Positions 19,492 through 29,040 of a stretch of 64,000 bases of DNA are shown in pieces. Origin of the DNA: Deltaproteobacteria bacterium (GTDB lineage Bacteria > Desulfobacterota > GWC2-55-46 > JAJCZF01); the NCBI GenBank assembly GCA_029262475.1, contig JAJCZG010000122.1, forward strand, positions 31,789-95,788, in the 5' to 3' direction. The notes below the pieces were generated by a model, which searched no databases, was not told where the DNA came from, and saw only the letters and a program-made list of their open reading frames with translations. Position 1 is the first letter of the stretch, and each line of letters starts with the position of its first letter. A program made the translations under genes and the position numbers.

Positions 19492-20136
19492 ATGGACGAC
19501 TCGATACTGGATAAACTTTCTGACCTGACAAGGTCACTTGGCGATGGCAGCCCGGCGGATAGAAATACTTTCGACGAACTTAGCAAGAATCTTAGTGGCG
19601 CTCTAGCCGATATCGCTCACCAGGTAGAGGATATAAGACAGTCACTTGTAGAGCATGCTCCACCCGCAGCCGATAGCCTGAGTGATCCCCTTAGCGCCTC
19701 CTCCCATCTTGGAGATATAAACAAAACAATCTCGGATGCGGCGGATACCCTCTTTACGCTCACCGAAAAGGCCATAGTAGACCACGACAGGGCCGGCGAG
19801 CTCCTTACCTCCCTTAGCGGCAGTATAGGCTCAAACGGTAACGGTGCCGTGACGACTGTAGATGAGCTGATAAATATTAATAAAGAGTCCAAGCAGGAGC
19901 TTTTGTCGGTATTCGAAGCTCTCTCATTTCAGGACCTCGCCGGGCAGAAGATACTGAAGATAAACGACCTTATCGGAGGTGTCGAGGGGAAGATATTAGA
20001 GATTCTAGTCATAATGGGTTATAGCCAGAGTGATAATACAGATAAGCAAGATGAGATGCTTACGTCCCTTAAGGGAAATAACGGCCCCATAGATCAGGGG
20101 CTTGTGGATGATATTTTAAAAGACTTCGGTCTTTAG
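19492..20136 (+). CDS. cheZ: CheY-P phosphatase CheZ
   Basis: Catalytic-region motif FQDLAGQKILKI (QDLTGQ with the catalytic Gln in E. coli CheZ) and a C-terminal CheY-binding tail (NNGPIDQGLVDDILKDFGL, cf. LNGPQ...QVDDLLDSLGF). Confidence 0.8.
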   Translation: MDDSILDKLSDLTRSLGDGSPADRNTFDELSKNLSGALADIAHQVEDIRQSLVEHAPPAADSLSDPLSASSHLGDINKTISDAADTLFTLTEKAIVDHDRAGELLTSLSGSIGSNGNGAVTTVDELININKESKQELLSVFEALSFQDLAGQKILKINDLIGGVEGKILEILVIMGYSQSDNTDKQDEMLTSLKGNNGPIDQGLVDDILKDFGL

Positions 20137-20150
20137 CGTAGAGGTGAGTA

Positions 20151-22166
20151 ATGGATGAAATGTTCGGTGGTGAGGAGATGCAGGAGATTCTTCACGATTT
20201 TCTCGTAGAGACGGAAGAGCTTCTTGATAGCATAGACCAACAGCTTATAGAACTCGAAGAGAGTCCGGAGTGCCCGGAGTTACTTAACTCCATCTTCCGG
20301 TCTTTACATACTATTAAAGGCGCCTCCGGTTTTTTGGGGCTTACTCAGCTGGTCGAGGTCGCTCACAAGGGGGAAAATCTTCTTGATAAGCTCAGGCAGG
20401 GAACCCTTCTCCTGACACCGGTGAGGATGGATGTGCTACTTAGCTGCTCAGATATGCTGAGGGTTCTTGCCATTCACATAAAGGAGAAGGACGGAATCGA
20501 AGAGGATACCTCCGCCGTGATTGCTAAACTTGTGAAGGCAGAGGATGGTGAGGTAGATGAAGGTGTAACCACTGACGCGGCGGACTCCGCTACTGCGGAG
20601 AGCCCCGAGGTTACAGCCACAACCGATACGCCCGACGCCGAGACGCTGGTGGATCTTGAAAGAACTCCTACCGTTACCGAAGAAGTTCTTGTGGCCGCTA
20701 ACACGCCCTGTGACGCTCCTCTTCAAGGCCGCGACGCTGAGGATTTAGCTGTGCAGGTCGCGGAGTCAAAGCCTGAAGCGTTGGAGAAGGTTGTTTCTAA
20801 GCCACAACCACAGGCCCAGCCGGAGGCAAAGAAAGCTCCCGTCAAGAAGAAAGAGGAGTCTGAGACTATACGTGTGGACACGGAACGCCTCGACAGCGTC
20901 ATGAATATGGTTGGAGAGCTAGTGCTCGGAAGAAACAGGCTAATGAGGCTTGTCTCCCACCTGGTAGATCGTTACGAGGGCGACGACATAGTTGCAGCTC
21001 TTAACGAGAACTCAACTCACCTCAATCTCATCACCACGGACCTTCAGCTCTCTGTCATGAAGACAAGGATGCAGCCCATAGCAAAGGTTTTCGGTAAATT
21101 TCCGCGTATGGTAAGGGATCTGGCGAGAGATAAGGGTAAGGAGATCGCACTGGAGCTCGTCGGGCAGGATACGGAGCTCGACAAGACAGTTATAGAGGAG
21201 ATTGGCGACCCGCTCGTCCACCTTGTAAGGAACGCCGTTGACCACGGCGTAGAAATGCCTGACGACAGGGAAAAGGCCGGTAAGAGTAGAAAAGGTACGG
21301 TAACGCTCTCAGCCTTCCACAAGGGCAATAATATCTGCGTCTCTATAGAGGACGACGGCAAGGGTGTCAATGTCGAGGTGCTGAAGAAAAAGGCGCTGGA
21401 GAAGAACCTCCTGAGTGCGGAGGAGCTGGATAGGATGAGCGATAAAGAGTTATATAGTATTCTCTTTATGCCGGGCTTCTCCACGGCCGCGACGATTACC
21501 GACACATCCGGAAGGGGTGTCGGTATGGATGTCGTGAAGACAAATATATCGAGGCTCAATGGCAGCATCGAAATAGAGAGCAAGCTTGGAGAGGGAACGA
21601 AGATGAATTTGAGCCTTCCTCTGACACTTGCCATTATTCAGGCGCTTATGATAGGTGTTGGAAAGGAAGAGTACGCCCTTCCTCTCTCGTCCGTAGTGGA
21701 GATACTGAAGGTTGATACTTCGGAGATAAATACCGTGGAGGGGAGAGAAGCGCTCTACTTCCGCGATAAGGTTTACCCGTTACTTCGTCTTTCCAGGATA
21801 GTCAATGCCAAGGATTCGTCCGAGCTGGCGGAGTCCGCTATCGAGGTGCAGTCGGTCGCAGGGGATGAGGCGACGGTGGAAGATTCAGAGCTTGAGGAGC
21901 TGACCGCAGGTGAATGCGGTGATGAGAAGCAAAAAGATGAAAACACTTCATATGTCGTTCTTATGGCACACGGAGAGAAGGTATTCGGCCTTCTTGTGGA
22001 GAAGCTTCTTGGTCAGGAAGAAGTGGTCATTAAGTCCATGGGAAGTTATCTCTCGAATATAAAAGGCGTCTCCGGTGCGACAATTACCGGCGATGGCAGG
22101 GTTGTTCTGATAATCGATGTTGTAGGTTTATTCTCGAAGATCGCCCTGAAGAACGGTGAGGCCTAG
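20151..22166 (+). CDS. cheA: Chemotaxis histidine kinase CheA
   Basis: P1 HPt domain (SIFRSLHTIKGASGFLGL), dimerisation domain, HATPase_c (G1/G2 boxes) and a C-terminal CheW-like domain. Confidence 0.95.
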   Translation: MDEMFGGEEMQEILHDFLVETEELLDSIDQQLIELEESPECPELLNSIFRSLHTIKGASGFLGLTQLVEVAHKGENLLDKLRQGTLLLTPVRMDVLLSCSDMLRVLAIHIKEKDGIEEDTSAVIAKLVKAEDGEVDEGVTTDAADSATAESPEVTATTDTPDAETLVDLERTPTVTEEVLVAANTPCDAPLQGRDAEDLAVQVAESKPEALEKVVSKPQPQAQPEAKKAPVKKKEESETIRVDTERLDSVMNMVGELVLGRNRLMRLVSHLVDRYEGDDIVAALNENSTHLNLITTDLQLSVMKTRMQPIAKVFGKFPRMVRDLARDKGKEIALELVGQDTELDKTVIEEIGDPLVHLVRNAVDHGVEMPDDREKAGKSRKGTVTLSAFHKGNNICVSIEDDGKGVNVEVLKKKALEKNLLSAEELDRMSDKELYSILFMPGFSTAATITDTSGRGVGMDVVKTNISRLNGSIEIESKLGEGTKMNLSLPLTLAIIQALMIGVGKEEYALPLSSVVEILKVDTSEINTVEGREALYFRDKVYPLLRLSRIVNAKDSSELAESAIEVQSVAGDEATVEDSELEELTAGECGDEKQKDENTSYVVLMAHGEKVFGLLVEKLLGQEEVVIKSMGSYLSNIKGVSGATITGDGRVVLIIDVVGLFSKIALKNGEA

Positions 22167-22169
22167 GCT

Positions 22170-23246
22170 ATGAGTAGAGAAAAGATAAGAGTACTGGTCG
22201 TTGACGACTCGGCATTTATGCGTAAGGCCATAAAAGGAATGCTCGACAAGGACCCTGATATTACCGTAATAGACGTCGCCAGAGACGGCAAGGAGGCTGT
22301 CAGGAAGGTCGCTGAGCTTAAGCCGGACGTAGTGACGATGGATGTGGAGATGCCGGTTATGGACGGCATTACCGCTCTTAAACAGATAATGGCGGAGACA
22401 CCGACGCCCGTCATAATGCTCAGTTCCCTTACCGTCGAGGGGGCGAAGGCGACACTTGACGCCTTTGAGCTGGGCGCACTCGATTTCATACCAAAAAACC
22501 TCGATGACCTCTCTTTTAATATCTTCAAGGTTCAAGTGATGATAACCGACAAGATAAAGGCGGTCGCGAAGACAAAGGTGACGGCGGCGGTTCATAAAAA
22601 AACCGCTACCAAGATAGTAGACAGGCGTATTGGTATAAAGAGCGACTCGCAGACGGTGGGAAACCACATCGCGCACAGAATAGCCCTCGTGGCTATCGGA
22701 GCATCTACTGGAGGGCCCAGGGCCGTGCAGGAGGTTGTAGAGGCGCTACCCGAGGGTCTGCCGGTGGCGTTCATTGTAGTTCAGCATATGCCGCGTAATT
22801 TCACCGAGCCATATGCCGAGCGCCTTAACCACTTCTCACACTTATCGGTCAAGCACGCTGAGGACGGCGATATCATCAAGGCTGGTGTCGTATATGTCGC
22901 CCCCGGCGGCTACCAGATGAGGGTCGTTAAGAAGAACGCCCTGGAGACTCGCTTAGTGGTAGAGGCCGGTCCGGCTGACGCCATATATAGGCCAAGCGTG
23001 GATATCTCCTTCAAGAGTGTAGCCGAGTCCTTGCCGGGGAGGGCCATAGGGGTCATCCTTACGGGTATGGGCAACGACGGAATGCAGGGAATGAAGGCCA
23101 TAAAGGCGACCGGCGGTAAAACGCTCGCTCAAGACGAGGAGAGCTGCGTGGTATACGGAATGCCGAAGGCGGTCATCGATGAAAAAATTCAGGATAAGAT
23201 CGTCTCCCTCGACAATATGGCAGGCGAGATAGTTAATATGGTTTAG
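22170..23246 (+). CDS. cheB: Chemotaxis methylesterase/response regulator CheB
   Basis: N-terminal REC (IRVLVVDDSAFMRKAI...VTMDVEMPVMDG) plus a CheB methylesterase domain (IGASTGGPRAV, catalytic Ser/His/Asp context). Confidence 0.95.
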   Translation: MSREKIRVLVVDDSAFMRKAIKGMLDKDPDITVIDVARDGKEAVRKVAELKPDVVTMDVEMPVMDGITALKQIMAETPTPVIMLSSLTVEGAKATLDAFELGALDFIPKNLDDLSFNIFKVQVMITDKIKAVAKTKVTAAVHKKTATKIVDRRIGIKSDSQTVGNHIAHRIALVAIGASTGGPRAVQEVVEALPEGLPVAFIVVQHMPRNFTEPYAERLNHFSHLSVKHAEDGDIIKAGVVYVAPGGYQMRVVKKNALETRLVVEAGPADAIYRPSVDISFKSVAESLPGRAIGVILTGMGNDGMQGMKAIKATGGKTLAQDEESCVVYGMPKAVIDEKIQDKIVSLDNMAGEIVNMV

Positions 23247-23248
23247 TC

Positions 23249-24013
23249 ATGGATATACTTACTCTAATAGGTATCATCCTCGGCGGGGTGGCCGTCATAG
23301 GCGGGCAGCTTCTCGAGGGTGGTAATATTAAATCCATCTTTCAGCCCACAGCGGCGCTTATAGTCTTCGGCGGCACCTGTGGCGCTGTATTTATCCAGTA
23401 TCCGATCGCAACGGTCCTAGCCTCGTTAAGACTAGCTACCGCCTCACTTTTTAGCAGAAAGGAGGATCTCAGGAGCATTATAACCGAGATATCCGGATTT
23501 GCCAGGCACGCCCACAGAAACGGCCTCCTTTCTCTGGAGAGCAAGGTAGGGAAGCTAAAAGACCCGTTCTTTAAGAAGGGGATGAACCTGGTCGTAGACG
23601 GCACAACCCCTGAGGAGCTAAGGGGTATTATGGATATCGAGATGGAGTACGAGGAAGAGCGAAATAATTATGCTGCACGGGTCTTTGAGAGCGCCGGCGG
23701 TTATGCGCCGACACTCGGAATACTCGGCGCTGTCCTGGGGCTCATACAGGTGATGGAGAACCTTGCCGAGCCGTCAAGGCTAGGCGAGGGTATATCCGTA
23801 GCCTTTGTCGCTACGGTATACGGCGTAGCCTCGGCCAATCTCTTCTGGCTGCCATTTTCAGGAAAGATCAAGAACAGAACGCGCGAAGATAGTGTTAGAA
23901 AGGAGCTTCTCCTTGAGGGGCTCATGGCCCTCTCCTCCGGTGAAAGCCCGAAGCTTATTGAAGAGCGCCTTGAGGGGTTTCTTGAAAAAAAGACACCTAA
24001 TAAGGATAGGTAG
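23249..24013 (+). CDS. motA: Flagellar stator protein MotA (PomA-like)
   Basis: Four-TM MotA/TolQ/ExbB family. N-terminal MDILTLIGIILGGVAVIGGQLLEGG. Followed by motB. Confidence 0.88.
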   Translation: MDILTLIGIILGGVAVIGGQLLEGGNIKSIFQPTAALIVFGGTCGAVFIQYPIATVLASLRLATASLFSRKEDLRSIITEISGFARHAHRNGLLSLESKVGKLKDPFFKKGMNLVVDGTTPEELRGIMDIEMEYEEERNNYAARVFESAGGYAPTLGILGAVLGLIQVMENLAEPSRLGEGISVAFVATVYGVASANLFWLPFSGKIKNRTREDSVRKELLLEGLMALSSGESPKLIEERLEGFLEKKTPNKDR

Positions 24014-24025
24014 CAGGAGTTACGT

Positions 24026-24808
24026 GTGAGAAAGAGGAGATATCAATATGATGATGGAAAAGAGAATGGCGACAGGTGGCTTCTCTCATACGCTGATTTC
24101 ATAACGCTCCTGTTTGCTTTCTTTACGGTCATGTATGCACTGAGTTCCATGTCCGAGGTAAAGTACAAGGCGCTCAGTGAATCCCTCTCAACCGCTTTTT
24201 CCGTCGAGAGAGAAACTAAGGCCGGCGATGGCGAGTATTTAAGAGGAAGCGAAGGTGAGGGCCCTATTACTACAACCTTCAAGAAGATCTTCTCCGAGGA
24301 TTTCAGGACCATTCAAGGCGGTCTATCGGAGCTCGAAAGCGACGAAAAGCTTAAGCTCAACCTTGAGGCGCGCGGTGTTGTAGTAAGCATCATGGAGAGG
24401 AACGTCTTCAAGTCCGGGAGCGCGGATATACTCCCGGAGTCCTATGCCTTACTCGACGATCTTGCCGACACCCTCGTTGACATGCCAAACGCCGTAAAGA
24501 TTGAAGGCCATACCGATAACGTGCCGATATCGACGAAAGCATTCCCCTCAAACTGGGAACTCTCTTCCAAAAGAGCACTTAATATTCTTCAGTACCTTGT
24601 CGATGAACACGGACTCGACCCCGGTAATATCTCGGCAACCGGCTATGCGGAGTTCAGGCCGGTGGCGTCAAACGATACGCCGGAGGAGAGGGGGAAGAAC
24701 AGGAGGGTGGATATCGTAATTTTAAATAAGGAAGGTAATATGATAGAACCGATGCTTACAGGGGAGCTTAAAGAGCGATTCCCGGCAGCGAGTGCTGTGA
24801 GCAAGTAA
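24026..24808 (+). CDS. motB: Flagellar stator protein MotB (OmpA-like peptidoglycan-binding C-domain)
   Basis: TM/plug region (WLLSYADFITLLFAFFTVMYALS, conserved Asp) and an OmpA-like C-domain (GHTDNVPI...NRRVDIVIL). Confidence 0.88.
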   Translation: MRKRRYQYDDGKENGDRWLLSYADFITLLFAFFTVMYALSSMSEVKYKALSESLSTAFSVERETKAGDGEYLRGSEGEGPITTTFKKIFSEDFRTIQGGLSELESDEKLKLNLEARGVVVSIMERNVFKSGSADILPESYALLDDLADTLVDMPNAVKIEGHTDNVPISTKAFPSNWELSSKRALNILQYLVDEHGLDPGNISATGYAEFRPVASNDTPEERGKNRRVDIVILNKEGNMIEPMLTGELKERFPAASAVSK

Positions 24809-24855
24809 AACTCCTCTATCCTGTCAAACACTAGTCGGTAACTTGCCGTGAGAAT

Positions 24856-24883
24856 TAAAGTTTTACGATTTCTGACCGATAAA
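24856..24883 (+). promoter_or_regulatory. Sigma28 (FliA) promoter upstream of cheW: TAAAGTTT-N-aCCGATAA
   Basis: TAAA-N15-ACCGATAA is nearly identical to the enteric class III consensus TAAA-N15-GCCGATAA, about 100 nt upstream of cheW. Confidence 0.6.
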
Positions 24884-24994
24884 ACATTATAAGTACGCAA
24901 TTTTTGCCTAAGAAAACAGGCCCTGCATTATTATAATTTATGACATTAAGAGTATAAAATGAGCCAAGCACACCAGTGAGATGGAGGTAACAAG

Positions 24995-25504
24995 ATGACT
25001 GAGATTGCCGAACAGAGTGTCGAAACCGCCGAGGATGACCTTCAGATAGTCACCTTTAAGATTGGAGATGAGGAGTTCTCCGTATCTATTTTGAAGGTCC
25101 AGGAGATAATTCGCATGAGCGCGATTACAAAGGTGCCGAAGTCCCCGGAGTTTGTTGAAGGCGTCATCAATCTCAGGGGCAGGGTAATACCGGTCCTCGA
25201 CTTGAGAAAACGCTTTGGACTTCCAATCATTGAGCGCGGCAACGACGCCAGGACAATAGTCGTGGATAGCGGCGGCAAGGTCGTAGGCCTTATAGTGGAC
25301 TCGGTAACGGAAGTCCTTCGCCTCCAGGCCTCCACGATAGAGCCACCCCCGGATATCGTAGGCGGCGGAGTGGATTCAGAGTACATAGATGGTGTAGGGA
25401 AGCTTGAGAACAGGCTTGTTATACTTCTTAACCTTGACAAGGTGCTCACTGTTAATGAGGGGACTCAACTGGATGGCATGGGTCTTGCTGTGAATAGTGA
25501 TTAA
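24995..25504 (+). CDS. cheW: Chemotaxis coupling protein CheW
   Basis: CheW domain (LQIVTFKIGDEEFSVSILKVQEIIRMSAITKVPKSPEFVEGVINLRGRVIPVLDLRKRFGL). Confidence 0.92.
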   Translation: MTEIAEQSVETAEDDLQIVTFKIGDEEFSVSILKVQEIIRMSAITKVPKSPEFVEGVINLRGRVIPVLDLRKRFGLPIIERGNDARTIVVDSGGKVVGLIVDSVTEVLRLQASTIEPPPDIVGGGVDSEYIDGVGKLENRLVILLNLDKVLTVNEGTQLDGMGLAVNSD

Positions 25505-25545
25505 GAGTCATAACTCAACCTTCGCTTTTGAAGGACAAGAATGTA

Positions 25546-25830
25546 ATGGTAGACGAGATATCAAGAATTGATACGAAGCTATTTCAAATAAAGACCGTAA
25601 AGAAGGTGCGTGAGGTATCTCCAAGGCCTGATGAACGAAGGCACGGCAGAGATACCTACAGCGAGTCGGATGAGATCGGCCTCTTAACCGAGGGCGATCA
25701 ATTAAGAAAGCGAAAGAATAGGCGGAGGCCGGCACCTAAAGTTACGGTTGAGAGCGACTCAAAGGATGAAGCTTTTGAGGATGAATCAAGGGACGATCAC
25801 GCTACCAGACACATTGATATAATAGTTTAA
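25546..25830 (+). CDS. Small, highly charged hypothetical protein downstream of cheW (about 94 aa, using ATG 25546; the ORF track has a TTG at 25528)
   Basis: ORF with an AAGGA ribosome-binding site 8 nt before ATG 25546. It ends just before a strong terminator. Low-complexity Arg/Lys/Glu/Asp-rich sequence with no recognisable domain. Confidence 0.35.
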   Translation: MVDEISRIDTKLFQIKTVKKVREVSPRPDERRHGRDTYSESDEIGLLTEGDQLRKRKNRRRPAPKVTVESDSKDEAFEDESRDDHATRHIDIIV

Positions 25831-25850
25831 GAGTAGAACCTTACAAACAC

Positions 25851-25876
25851 GGGCCTTATTGGCCCGTTTTTTTTTT
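25851..25876 (+). terminator. Rho-independent terminator ending the che/mot-cheW transcription unit
   Basis: GGGCC-ttatt-GGCCCG hairpin followed by T10. Confidence 0.8.
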
Positions 25877-26156
25877 ACGGAGAAGAGTTTTTCATCCGTA
25901 GCCTCACTATAGTGGTCGGAGGAAAGATTTGCCGTTTGGGGAGATCATGACGGAATTTAAAGGTCTTCGACCCACTTTTCTTAATGATTACCCACCTTCT
26001 CCTAGTTAAAATAAAAGAGCTATCTTCTGAAGTAGAGCTTCGAATGCTTACCTGCCATCGCCTAATAGATTGATCTTATTGCTTTTATTCTACTAAATCC
26101 TGCCATTAGAATGATTTTCACCGCTTACTTTGTTCATTCTCCTTGAGCCTGCTTGT

Positions 26157-26172
26157 TGGCACATTGATTGCA
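26157..26172 (+). promoter_or_regulatory. Sigma54 promoter upstream of flgF: TGGCAC-ATTGA-TTGCA
   Basis: Perfect match to the sigma54 -24/-12 consensus TGGCAC-N5-TTGCA, about 30 nt upstream of the flgF ATG. Coordinates are +/-2 nt. Confidence 0.7.
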
Positions 26173-26199
26173 TCTTGTATGGGCGCAGGAGGAGAGTAT

Positions 26200-26961
26200 A
26201 TGGACAGAGGATTATATGTTGCGGCATCCGGGGCGCTTAGCCAGCAGAGGGTGCTCGACACAGCTACTTCAAACCTTTCTAGCGCCAATGTTTCAGGCTT
26301 TAAGAAAGATTTTCCGATTTTCGAGATGACCGAGGCCAACCAGGGCTACCCGCTTAAAAGCCCGATGAAGCAGTCGTCATATAATTCCGAAATGACTTTT
26401 GTCGAGTCGAATTCCCTTCAGACAGATTACTCGCAAGGGGGGTTAAGCAAGACCGGAGGCAACCTCGACTTCGCTATCTACGGACGCGGTTTCATGGTTG
26501 TTGAGGCTCAAGACCCCGGCTCCGGAGGGAGCGGCACCTATTATACAAGGAACGGACACTTTTATCTAAACGCCGATGGAGACCTCATAACAAGTCAGGG
26601 GCATCAGGTGATGGGTGAGGGTGGGGCTATAAACCTCCAGGGGACTGCAATTGAGGTGGATAAGGATGGTAATATTTTTGAGGACGGCGCCCTCGTCGAT
26701 AAGCTTAAGGTCGTTGAGTTACGCGAACCTTACTCTATTAAGAAGGTTGGGGGCGGCTTGTACGCAGGCGATAAGAAGGGTTCTGTGGAGTTGCCCGCGG
26801 AGGACTCTGTGGTCCACCACGGTCATCTTGAGCAGTCAAACGCCAAGGCCGTCGAGGAGATGGTGAAGATGATAACCGCACTAAGGGCGTATGAGTCGAA
26901 TATGAAGCTCATCGGAAGCTTCGATTCCATTACAGAGAAGGCTATCACCCTCGCAAAGTAG
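26200..26961 (+). CDS. flgF: Flagellar basal-body rod protein FlgF. The start is the internal ATG after the GGAGGAG ribosome-binding site; the ORF-track TTG extension overlaps the promoter.
   Basis: N-terminus MDRGLYVAASGALSQQRVLDTATSNLSSANVSGFKK. C-terminus EQSNAKAVEEMVKMITALRAYESNMKLI (rod-protein conserved termini). Confidence 0.85.
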   Translation: MDRGLYVAASGALSQQRVLDTATSNLSSANVSGFKKDFPIFEMTEANQGYPLKSPMKQSSYNSEMTFVESNSLQTDYSQGGLSKTGGNLDFAIYGRGFMVVEAQDPGSGGSGTYYTRNGHFYLNADGDLITSQGHQVMGEGGAINLQGTAIEVDKDGNIFEDGALVDKLKVVELREPYSIKKVGGGLYAGDKKGSVELPAEDSVVHHGHLEQSNAKAVEEMVKMITALRAYESNMKLIGSFDSITEKAITLAK

Positions 26962-26993
26962 ATATATATTAGCCACTGGAGGAAGTAGAAAAA

Positions 26994-27782
26994 ATGTTTA
27001 AATCACTCTGGATAGCAGCAACCGGCATGGAGGCTCAACAGCTCTATGTAGATGTCATCAGTAACAACCTCGCCAATGTAAATACGGTAGGGTTCAAGAA
27101 GAACAGAGTAGACTTCGAGGATCTTCTATATATGGGTACAAAGACGCCAGGGGCAGCAAGCTCACCCTCCACCGAAGTGCCAACAGGTGTTCAAATAGGA
27201 CAGGGCGTTAGGCCCGTCGCCACACAGAAGCAGTTTAGTATGGGCAGCCTCCAGCGGACTGAAAATCCGCTTGATATTGCCATTGAGGGTGACGGGTTCT
27301 TCCAGATAATAAAGCCGGACGGTGAGACGGCCTATACGCGTGACGGAACACTCAAGGTCAACTCCAGCGGAAACCTGGTTAATTCAAATGGTTACCTCCT
27401 TGAGCCGTCGATTACCATAACTGAAGAGACACAGAAGATAAATATAAGCGCTGACGGCATAGTCTCAGTCCTTGAAGGCGGGAGCTCCACGCCGGTGGAG
27501 ATTGGCAATATCGAGCTTGCGCGTTTCGTAAACCCCACCGGTCTTCAGGCAATAGGCGGTAACCTCTTCGTAAGGACAGAGTCATCGGGAGAGCCTGTAA
27601 CTGGCGTTCCGGGGGATTCGTCGCTCGGTTCTGTTTCACAGGGCTTTCTTGAGTTAAGTAACGTAAGCGTAGTGGAAGAGATGGTCAACATGATAGTAGC
27701 GCAGCGCGCCTACGAGGTCAGCTCTAAATCCATAAAGACCGCCGACGATATGCTCCAGATGGCAGCCAACCTCAGGAGATAA
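26994..27782 (+). CDS. flgG: Flagellar distal rod protein FlgG
   Basis: MFKSLWIAATGMEAQQLYVDVISNNLANVNTVGFKK...ELSNVSVVEEMVNMIVAQRAYEVSSKSI. Confidence 0.92.
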   Translation: MFKSLWIAATGMEAQQLYVDVISNNLANVNTVGFKKNRVDFEDLLYMGTKTPGAASSPSTEVPTGVQIGQGVRPVATQKQFSMGSLQRTENPLDIAIEGDGFFQIIKPDGETAYTRDGTLKVNSSGNLVNSNGYLLEPSITITEETQKINISADGIVSVLEGGSSTPVEIGNIELARFVNPTGLQAIGGNLFVRTESSGEPVTGVPGDSSLGSVSQGFLELSNVSVVEEMVNMIVAQRAYEVSSKSIKTADDMLQMAANLRR

Positions 27783-27813
27783 GGGTTTTTTTATAAAAGA
27801 GAGGATTAGATAG

Positions 27814-28269
27814 ATGAAGAGATTACTATTTGTACTTATCCTTCTGGCCCTGCTACCGGTTGCCTCCACGGCCTCGGAAGCTAACGGCGGTGAATATAAT
27901 GTCGTCGTATCTTCAAGGTCGCTTCCCATGGGTCATATCATTACCCGCTCGGACGTTCGTATCGCCTATAAGAATAAGGCCGATAAGAGGGCGGTAACCG
28001 AGCTTGCAGACGTAGTAGGAAGCCAGGTCAGACGACCCATAAGCAAAGGTAGCACGGTAAAGAGGGATTATCTCAAAAACCCCTCAATCGTCAAGAAAGG
28101 CGATAAAGTCATACTTATCGCCAGCAGGGGCGGCTTAAAGGTTACGGTCAAGGGCATTGCCCGAGGCGGCGGTGAGATAGGTGAGGTAGTAAAGGTAGAG
28201 AATTTGAGATCAGGCGAGTACGTGGAGGCCGAAATAATCGGGCCGTCCATGGCGAGGGTACAGTTTTAG
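27814..28269 (+). CDS. flgA: Flagellar P-ring assembly chaperone FlgA
   Basis: Signal peptide, a SAF-like domain and the C-terminal pattern GEIGEVVKVENLRSGEYVEAEIIGPSMARV. Confidence 0.75.
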   Translation: MKRLLFVLILLALLPVASTASEANGGEYNVVVSSRSLPMGHIITRSDVRIAYKNKADKRAVTELADVVGSQVRRPISKGSTVKRDYLKNPSIVKKGDKVILIASRGGLKVTVKGIARGGGEIGEVVKVENLRSGEYVEAEIIGPSMARVQF

Positions 28270-28305
28270 GTTTTCAAACCGTCAATTCTTATACGGAATA
28301 AGGTT

Positions 28306-29010
28306 ATGAATTTAAATAAAATATTCGCATTATCCATTATCTTGTCACTTGTCCTTCTCGCAGGCTGTTCCACTACTCCCGAGAAGAAGCTTAATACATC
28401 GATGATGCCGATTAAGGCGGAGCCCGAGTTCAAAACCACCCCCGGCTCCATCTGGACGGGCATTAACTCCAGGAACAGGTTCTTCTCGGATTTCCGGGCA
28501 AGGGACGTAGGGGATATCATAACCGTTACGATACTTGAGCGTACTACGGCGAAGAAGGAGGCGAGTACCGACACCGGCAGCTCCGGTTCCGAGAGCTCCG
28601 GCGTTACCTCAGCATTCGGCATGCCGCTCGACTTCGGTTTGAGCAATTTCGCCAATTTAGGCAATAAATTCAGCCCGAGCGTTGGCGGGAATAGAGACAG
28701 CTCCTTTGCCGGAAGCGGCTCCACCGAGAGGAAGGGCGAGATTACCGCGACAATATCGGTAAGGGTCATTGAGGTGCTCTCAAACGGCAACCTTTTCGTC
28801 GAAGGAAGAAAAGAGACGAAAGTAAACCGGGAGGAGCAGTTTATAATCCTCTCAGGGGTGATAAGGCCGGAGGACGTATCGTCATTTAATACTGTAAGCT
28901 CCGACTATATATCCGACTTGAATATTGAGCTCTCCGGCTACGGGGTTATAGCAAGCAAGCAGAAGCCGGGCTGGCTCGGTTCGGTGCTAGACGATGTCTG
29001 GCCCTTTTAA
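28306..29010 (+). CDS. flgH: Flagellar L-ring lipoprotein FlgH
   Basis: Lipobox LLAGCST. FlgH core (FSDFRARDVGDIITVTILE...TISVRVIEVLSNGNLFVEGRKE). Confidence 0.9.
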   Translation: MNLNKIFALSIILSLVLLAGCSTTPEKKLNTSMMPIKAEPEFKTTPGSIWTGINSRNRFFSDFRARDVGDIITVTILERTTAKKEASTDTGSSGSESSGVTSAFGMPLDFGLSNFANLGNKFSPSVGGNRDSSFAGSGSTERKGEITATISVRVIEVLSNGNLFVEGRKETKVNREEQFIILSGVIRPEDVSSFNTVSSDYISDLNIELSGYGVIASKQKPGWLGSVLDDVWPF

Positions 29011-29040
29011 TAATTATATTAACTTTAAGGCTTAAACCAC

